IMG/VR virus record: IMGVR_UViG_3300033182_001261
Location: 1 to 64,000 of that record
Source of the DNA: a virus
DNA length: 64,000 nucleotides
Strand: one strand, 5' to 3'
Part shown: positions 58,733 through 64,000 of the stretch, piece by piece
How the letters are laid out: each line of letters opens with the position of its first letter
Numbering within the stretch: the stretch's first letter is position 1
The notes under the pieces: model-generated
Database searches by the model: none
What the model saw: only the letters and a program-made list of their open reading frames with translations
Told to the model about the DNA's origin: nothing
Translations under genes and position numbers: made by a program

Positions 58733-60189
58733 AAACCAAGAAATCCTTCAAGTGTTGGTGATTCTTCTTTTAGCGCTTCGGGATGATACTTCTCTAATAT
58801 ATCACTTCCCATCTTTTCTGTCAAGTAGTCATACCATTCTTGCTCATACCACATATTAGGAGATACTCCATTCCAACTTTCTCTCCATAAAGGATGATTT
58901 TGATTCATTCTTCTATCATCCACAAATTGTCTTCTTGTCTTTTCATATTCCCATGAACCTAACACCTTCATATCTTCACGGAAATAAAAGACCAAGGACA
59001 TTCTCAAAAAATCTTCCTCACCAGAATCAGGTGCTTCTATTGGAGTATTAGCATGTATAATCCTCATATTGTCTATTAGGAGTAAATCTCCTGGACGAAC
59101 ATTGATGGCAGCACGAACTTCTGGAGTGACAAGATATCCACCTTTCCAGTTTTTACCTTCTTTTGTCACAACCGTCAGATTGGAAAAACCATCATTCAAA
59201 GAACCTGCATCACGATGACATGCCATTCTAGCATTTCTATCAGCAGAAGTAGTATTCACTGTTATAGTTGTAAATACTGTATCCTCACCTATTAGAAACT
59301 TTTTATCTAGTTCATTAGTATATCCATTCTGGACACCCCATCGAACAGGCATTAATCTCTTAAATTCGGAGTTCAATTTTCTAGCAAATGGGAAAGACTT
59401 TGCGAACTTTTCCATATTCCTTTCTGTGTAAGCAACGGCTCTGCCATATGGTATTCTAGGATACCTGCCATAATACCCTGCGATACCAGACCATATTGGA
59501 TTCGCATAAACAGTTATGGAAATATATTTCTTCTTAAACTCTTCAATATACTTCTTTGCTTCTTGCACATCCATACTTTTCAACAAAGGGATAAGTTTAT
59601 TATCAAAGAATCCAACATACCTATTTCTCATAAGTCTGTCTTTATTGTCAGGATCACCAAAATCACGTGCAACCCTATAACCAATCCAAGTCATATACCT
59701 TGCTTTTGAGGAATCAATATCACCAGATTCATGCTTTTTCCTGATAGATTCTAGGACATCCGAACCATCCAAAGATTTCGGTTGACCATCCTCAAAATAT
59801 TTTATAACTTCTGCTTCATATGGAGAAACATAATCTCTCAGACTGTTTTCGTGACCATTCCCTGCAGCATATCCCCGATTATCAGAAACTACCGCAGCAT
59901 CATAAAGTCCTTCATAAGCACCTTTCTGCTCTTCTTCTGTAAAGACATTTTTTCTAAACTTAAATGCTACCCTATCTTCTGTCAAAGAATCTTTATCCCA
60001 AATATCATTTGATGGTAAATAAAAATCAGCGTCAGAATCTATCAGAATATCATAAAAAGATTCATCAGGAAAATTACCGAGAACAGTTTCATCCTTTTTT
60101 ATGAATTCTGCCACATAAACATCTTGACCCTCATCACCTTTGAATTTTTTCCAGACGTTTCCGTTAATTTCAATTGTTTCTATTTTCAT
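58729..60189 (-). CDS. TET/JBP-family 2OG-Fe(II) dioxygenase
   Basis: SGIAGYY.RYPRIP, FTTITVN, HRD (HxD), GGYLV.PE, PGDLLL.D...IHANTPI, R.SLV.Y.RE. Confidence 0.85.
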   Translation of the reverse strand: MKIETIEINGNVWKKFKGDEGQDVYVAEFIKKDETVLGNFPDESFYDILIDSDADFYLPSNDIWDKDSLTEDRVAFKFRKNVFTEEEQKGAYEGLYDAAVVSDNRGYAAGNGHENSLRDYVSPYEAEVIKYFEDGQPKSLDGSDVLESIRKKHESGDIDSSKARYMTWIGYRVARDFGDPDNKDRLMRNRYVGFFDNKLIPLLKSMDVQEAKKYIEEFKKKYISITVYANPIWSGIAGYYGRYPRIPYGRAVAYTERNMEKFAKSFPFARKLNSEFKRLMPVRWGVQNGYTNELDKKFLIGEDTVFTTITVNTTSADRNARMACHRDAGSLNDGFSNLTVVTKEGKNWKGGYLVTPEVRAAINVRPGDLLLIDNMRIIHANTPIEAPDSGEEDFLRMSLVFYFREDMKVLGSWEYEKTRRQFVDDRRMNQNHPLWRESWNGVSPNMWYEQEWYDYLTEKMGSDILEKYHPEALKEESPTLEGFLGL

Positions 60190-60195
60190 ATCAAT

Positions 60196-60224
60196 ATTAT
60201 ACACCATAAGTTAAATCATGTCAA
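60196..60224 (-). promoter_or_regulatory. Sigma70-type promoter of the dioxygenase-GT operon (probably leaderless)
   Basis: TTGACA-N17-TATAAT, 6 nt before ATG 60189. Confidence 0.75.
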
Positions 60225-60229
60225 TAGGG

Positions 60230-60257
60230 AAATAAGGGGGAGACTTTCGTCTCCCCC
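60230..60257 (-). terminator. Rho-independent terminator
   Basis: 9-bp stem GGGGGAGAC/GTCTCCCCC, GAAA tetraloop on the minus strand, TTATTT tail. Confidence 0.85.
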
Positions 60258-60264
60258 GCAAAGG

Positions 60265-60585
60265 TCATTCAGTGGTATCTGTCAGGTTTCTAAGTTGGGT
60301 AGGAGTGAGAGGAGAGAGAACTCTGGAGTTGTTACCACTTAGACCTTTAGTATTTTCTTTTGTTTTCTTAATCCACCAGAAAGGTAGAGATAATAAATTC
60401 ATTTTTTCTGTATACGTTAACAAACTTTTAGGAATCCAAACATCATCAAAGAGGAAAGCTCTTGGAGTTTCTCTCATAGATTTTTCTTGTAAAACCTCTT
60501 TTGTTACAGGTAAAACAACATATTGTTCCGACTTCTTTGATGCTCTTCTCTTTTTTTCAATAACATAATAATCTACTACATTCAT
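60265..60585 (-). CDS. Hypothetical protein related to ORF 40076
   Basis: ETPRAFLFDDVWIPKS...LPFW; same GAAAGGTTTG leader as 40594. Confidence 0.65.
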   Translation of the reverse strand: MNVVDYYVIEKKRRASKKSEQYVVLPVTKEVLQEKSMRETPRAFLFDDVWIPKSLLTYTEKMNLLSLPFWWIKKTKENTKGLSGNNSRVLSPLTPTQLRNLTDTTE

Positions 60586-60604
60586 AATAGTCAAACCTTT
60601 CAAA

Positions 60605-61819
60605 TTATTCCGAATCCTCGGACTCTTCTGTATCATCGGTTTCTGCAAACTCAATAGCAGAAACCTTTTTGAATAAATCAATAAAACTCATTTTAGTTAC
60701 ATCATCAAATCTGTTTAGATTCAACTCAATAGACTTTTGAACATTACCAAATATACTATATGCTTTCATTATGAAAACCAACCTTCTAGTAGTAATAAGG
60801 TCATTTAAGACCGATTCATTGTAAGAGGATCTAGTTATATTTGCCCAAGCAACCAAATGTTCAATCAAAGTATTGACTTCCTCAGAAGACTCTACTCCTA
60901 GACTATCCCAAAACTTAGATAGGATTTTAGTCTCCACTCCCTTTTTGGGATATGATTGTTCAACAGTCACAGGAAATCTTTCTAGAAATGCTTCATTCAA
61001 GAATCCTGTTCCAACAAACTTCCCATGCTCATCACCCTGACCCTTAGTGTTAGCAGTTGCGAACACTTGAAAACCGTGAGCAGGTTGGACGAACTGGTTT
61101 ATTTTCTTCAAGAAAACTCCCTTACCTTCAAGGATTGGTTGAAGACACATAATGTCATCAGATGCTAAGTCAATCTCATCAAGAAGAAGCACAGCACCTG
61201 TTTTCATTGCCTTTACGACTGGGCCGTCAAACCAAACAGTTTGACCATCTACTAAACGAAATCCCCCTAGCAAATCGTCCTCATCAGTTCTGCAGGTGAT
61301 ATTAACACGATACATATCACGACCATTCTTGGCACATGCTTGCTCAACCATCATTGTCTTGCCATTACCAGAAAGACCAGTGATGAAGATTGGGTAAAAC
61401 ATTTTAGACTTGATGACAGCATCAACAGTCTTATATTCCCCCCATCGAACATAGTTTTTATCGACATTAGGAACATAACTGATTTCAGATGTTTCTGCGT
61501 TTGGAGTCACAACTTCTTTGACAGGAGTTTTGGAAACTTTTTTAGAAACTTTTGGTTTCGAAGCAGATTTGCCATTACTCAGGAAGTTATCAAAAACTGA
61601 CACTTCTGGGATTTGATATTCTCCTCTACCCACTTTATTTGCCCCTTCCACTCCCCAAAGAGTAGCAATCATATCATTGATTTGAGGTTCAGTTAACGTG
61701 CCATCAGACCTTCTAGCAATATCTTTAAGATATGCTGACTTATAGGTATCTCCAGCAGAAACCTCATTGAATAATTCATTTACAAAGTTTTTACAATAAT
61801 TTAGTTTTTTCTCTCTCAT
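60605..61819 (-). CDS. CobS/MoxR-like AAA+ ATPase, copy 2
   Basis: Same motifs as copy 1; start ATG 61819 after AGGAG; own promoter at 61885. Confidence 0.9.
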   Translation of the reverse strand: MREKKLNYCKNFVNELFNEVSAGDTYKSAYLKDIARRSDGTLTEPQINDMIATLWGVEGANKVGRGEYQIPEVSVFDNFLSNGKSASKPKVSKKVSKTPVKEVVTPNAETSEISYVPNVDKNYVRWGEYKTVDAVIKSKMFYPIFITGLSGNGKTMMVEQACAKNGRDMYRVNITCRTDEDDLLGGFRLVDGQTVWFDGPVVKAMKTGAVLLLDEIDLASDDIMCLQPILEGKGVFLKKINQFVQPAHGFQVFATANTKGQGDEHGKFVGTGFLNEAFLERFPVTVEQSYPKKGVETKILSKFWDSLGVESSEEVNTLIEHLVAWANITRSSYNESVLNDLITTRRLVFIMKAYSIFGNVQKSIELNLNRFDDVTKMSFIDLFKKVSAIEFAETDDTEESEDSE

Positions 61820-61895
61820 GATAATCTCCTGTATGTTTGTTTTTTCTACCCTTATATTATTAGTATAACAGATACTGAACCCTATGTCAACCCTT

Positions 61896-62978
61896 TTATG
61901 AAATAATATCAATAAATTTCGAAAGAAGCACTTTTTGATTATTTTTGTTAATATTATTAGTGTTAAACTTTTTCTGCAACTCTTCTACAGAATCAATATG
62001 TCCATCAAATTTAGTCTTTTTACTTGAACCATAAACATTGTCATAACTAAAAGTGTAATAATTATCATAACCTAGATAGTTTTCTTTTATATGAATAGGT
62101 TCTTCTTCATACCAGTAATTCACTATGTTAAAACTGATTACATTTCCACCGACAACTTTTTTATAGAAATTCAACAAACCTTCAAGACTGTTGGCATTGG
62201 AAGTCCTATAAACAGATTTTGTTAAAGGGTCAAATGAAGATAGTTTAGTATAGGAACCTTGGCCATTTGAAGAAACGAATCGTGTAGGATTCGAATCTCC
62301 GTCAGTTAGAGTGATAGTGTTTAATATATCAATATTTTCATCTTTTTTGAATTTCAAAGCCACTTGTCTCAAAAGAAGAATGCTGTCAAGAAGTGGAGTA
62401 GATGAGTTTGGACCATCGTGCTGATTAATTGACCTATGCTTTTTTGTTTTGAATAACATATAAGTGGACATAAAGTCATGCTGACTCAGTGATTGTTCAT
62501 GACTAAACCACTCTCTTAATACTGGGAGATAGTTAAGTTCTAGATGTTTTTTAGAACCACAATTTTTATATTCAATCTCTCCACCTCTTGCTGAATATCT
62601 ACCATCACTAAACCCCATAACTTTATATTTGATTCCTGCTTTTCTACAAAACTCAACCAACATAAGAGTTTGCTTAATAGTATTCTCAAACTTCTTCAAT
62701 TGTTGCATAGAACCTGAACAATCAACAAGCATAATCATTCCGTGATTTTTACCCTCAGGAACTATTTTTCTGGTCTTGAACAGTTTTTCATTCCACTTGT
62801 AAGTGTGAAGAATTCTCTCGTTGATAACACCTGTATCTTTTTTTCTTATTCTTTTTGATATACTGGCAGACTTTTTTCTTTCGAAATCTAAAACCATCTT
62901 AGTTATGGATTGTTTATTTTCTTTTTGGAATTTTTTCCATTTCTTATTCCACTTGATATACTCTTGTTGATTTCTCAT
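61896..62978 (-). CDS. vWA (MIDAS) domain protein, CobT-like C-terminal half, copy 2
   Basis: FERKKSA...TGVIN, GKNHGMIMLVDCSGSM, TPLLD, LTDGDS; own promoter at 63034. Confidence 0.85.
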   Translation of the reverse strand: MRNQQEYIKWNKKWKKFQKENKQSITKMVLDFERKKSASISKRIRKKDTGVINERILHTYKWNEKLFKTRKIVPEGKNHGMIMLVDCSGSMQQLKKFENTIKQTLMLVEFCRKAGIKYKVMGFSDGRYSARGGEIEYKNCGSKKHLELNYLPVLREWFSHEQSLSQHDFMSTYMLFKTKKHRSINQHDGPNSSTPLLDSILLLRQVALKFKKDENIDILNTITLTDGDSNPTRFVSSNGQGSYTKLSSFDPLTKSVYRTSNANSLEGLLNFYKKVVGGNVISFNIVNYWYEEEPIHIKENYLGYDNYYTFSYDNVYGSSKKTKFDGHIDSVEELQKKFNTNNINKNNQKVLLSKFIDIIS

Positions 62979-63045
62979 TTTTAGTCTCCTTTTTCTACCC
63001 TTATATTAATAGTATAACCTATATCCGAAACTTTGTCAAGAGTTT

Positions 63046-64000
63046 TTACCAATTATATTCTTCTGCTTTTTTCATCCAACCCCTAACCTCCTTTTCTATT
63101 TTTCTCCAATCATCATAGAAATACTTTTCCTCAACCACTGGCAAATCTAATGAAGTGCTTTGTTGCCAAGACCTTACAGATTCTTCCCTATTATAAAGTT
63201 CATCCTCTTTATCTCTAAAATTTTTATCAGTTTCTGAAAAAGGTAGGTCATTATCAAAGTCATTTTTATTTGGACCACTGTTCTCTTCATTTAATGATTG
63301 AGGTTCACCACTTTCCTGTTTTTCCTCTGTTTTTTCATTTTGTTCATCTTCACCAGAGTCACTGAATTTAATATTCTGAGATTTATCTGTTGAGGATTTT
63401 GGTTCACCTTCTCCATTTTCCTGCTTCTGCTTTTCTTCATCCTTTCTCTTCTTTTCTTCTTTACAGTATTCGAAGAGTTTTTCTGCCAGAGATACAACAT
63501 CTTCCCAAGTTTTGAGATTTGACATTTCTTTAATATATTCTCTTTCCTCTTGTGTAAATTCAACTCCGCAGTTGAGTTCTCCTAATTTCGAATGTAGGTT
63601 GAGTCTATCAATCAACAACATTCCTTGAAGTTCATCCTGACTCATATTCCGAACTCCGAAGAAATCATTATCAAAAAGTTCTTTGTAACCTATCTTGAAT
63701 GAACTTCTCAGTCCAGGAAACTTATCTTGTATCATCCTTTCAATTCTAGCATCTTCAACAACATTCAGAAAACTTTTGAAGTTTGCTCCTTTTTCGTCTA
63801 TTGCTGTGTGCCATCCCTCTTTCGGTGTATTGAGAGCATGTGAAACTTCATGCCCTATTAAAAGGTCATAAACATTTTCAGAAAGGTTTGCGAATTCTGG
63901 AAGAAACAGAGTTCTGGACTCCAAATCAAATGCGGCTGTTGGGTAATGTTGTCTATGAACAACAGAAATATTTTCCTGAGACATTAACTTACCGACGATA
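63046..64000 (-). CDS. HExxH metallopeptidase-like protein, CobT-like N-terminal half, copy 2 (start just outside window)
   Basis: TAAFD..SR.L.LP, HEVSHAL.TP, NVVEDARIE; frame open to window end. Confidence 0.85.
   Translation of the reverse strand, partial: IVGKLMSQENISVVHRQHYPTAAFDLESRTLFLPEFANLSENVYDLLIGHEVSHALNTPKEGWHTAIDEKGANFKSFLNVVEDARIERMIQDKFPGLRSSFKIGYKELFDNDFFGVRNMSQDELQGMLLIDRLNLHSKLGELNCGVEFTQEEREYIKEMSNLKTWEDVVSLAEKLFEYCKEEKKRKDEEKQKQENGEGEPKSSTDKSQNIKFSDSGEDEQNEKTEEKQESGEPQSLNEENSGPNKNDFDNDLPFSETDKNFRDKEDELYNREESVRSWQQSTSLDLPVVEEKYFYDDWRKIEKEVRGWMKKAEEYNW

Overview
An AT-rich 64 kb segment of a large T4-like (myovirus-type) phage genome, probably infecting a Gram-negative host (Rz/Rz1-like spanin pair). 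Standard genetic code. Genes run mostly rightward from 1 to 36.0 kb and mostly leftward from 36.5 to 64 kb, converging on a repeat- and hairpin-rich, gene-poor zone at about 35.2-40 kb. Core and replication genes: primase, class II ribonucleotide reductase with a mini-intein, RuvC-like resolvase, T4-type RNase H, ATP-dependent DNA ligase, dUTPase, IMPDH/GMP reductase, DenV-like glycosylase, HAD nucleotidase, tRNA-Asp. Accessory content: FtsH, HtrA, subtilisin, a RimK-protease fusion, a glycosyltransferase island, a TET/JBP dioxygenase plus GT-B pair, an HD-domain alarmone-hydrolase-like protein, MazG-like and 2H phosphoesterase-like proteins, and two copies of a split peptidase/vWA + AAA (CobS/MoxR-like) module. 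Regulation is readable from the DNA: about 20 near-consensus sigma70 promoter cassettes and many T4-type TATAAATA late promoters. Most novel-looking signals: (1) a DUF6948-like gene followed by small proteins built from a GxGxGxxxGxG motif; (2) a shared N-terminal YxLxD(F/Y)LxE leader on unrelated proteins, a candidate capsid-targeting signal; (3) a structured non-coding element at 39.6-39.8 kb; (4) near-total RGCY avoidance in two core genes together with the TET/JBP + GT pair; (5) the duplicated split vWA/AAA module. All family assignments come from motif recognition by eye; no database searches were run.
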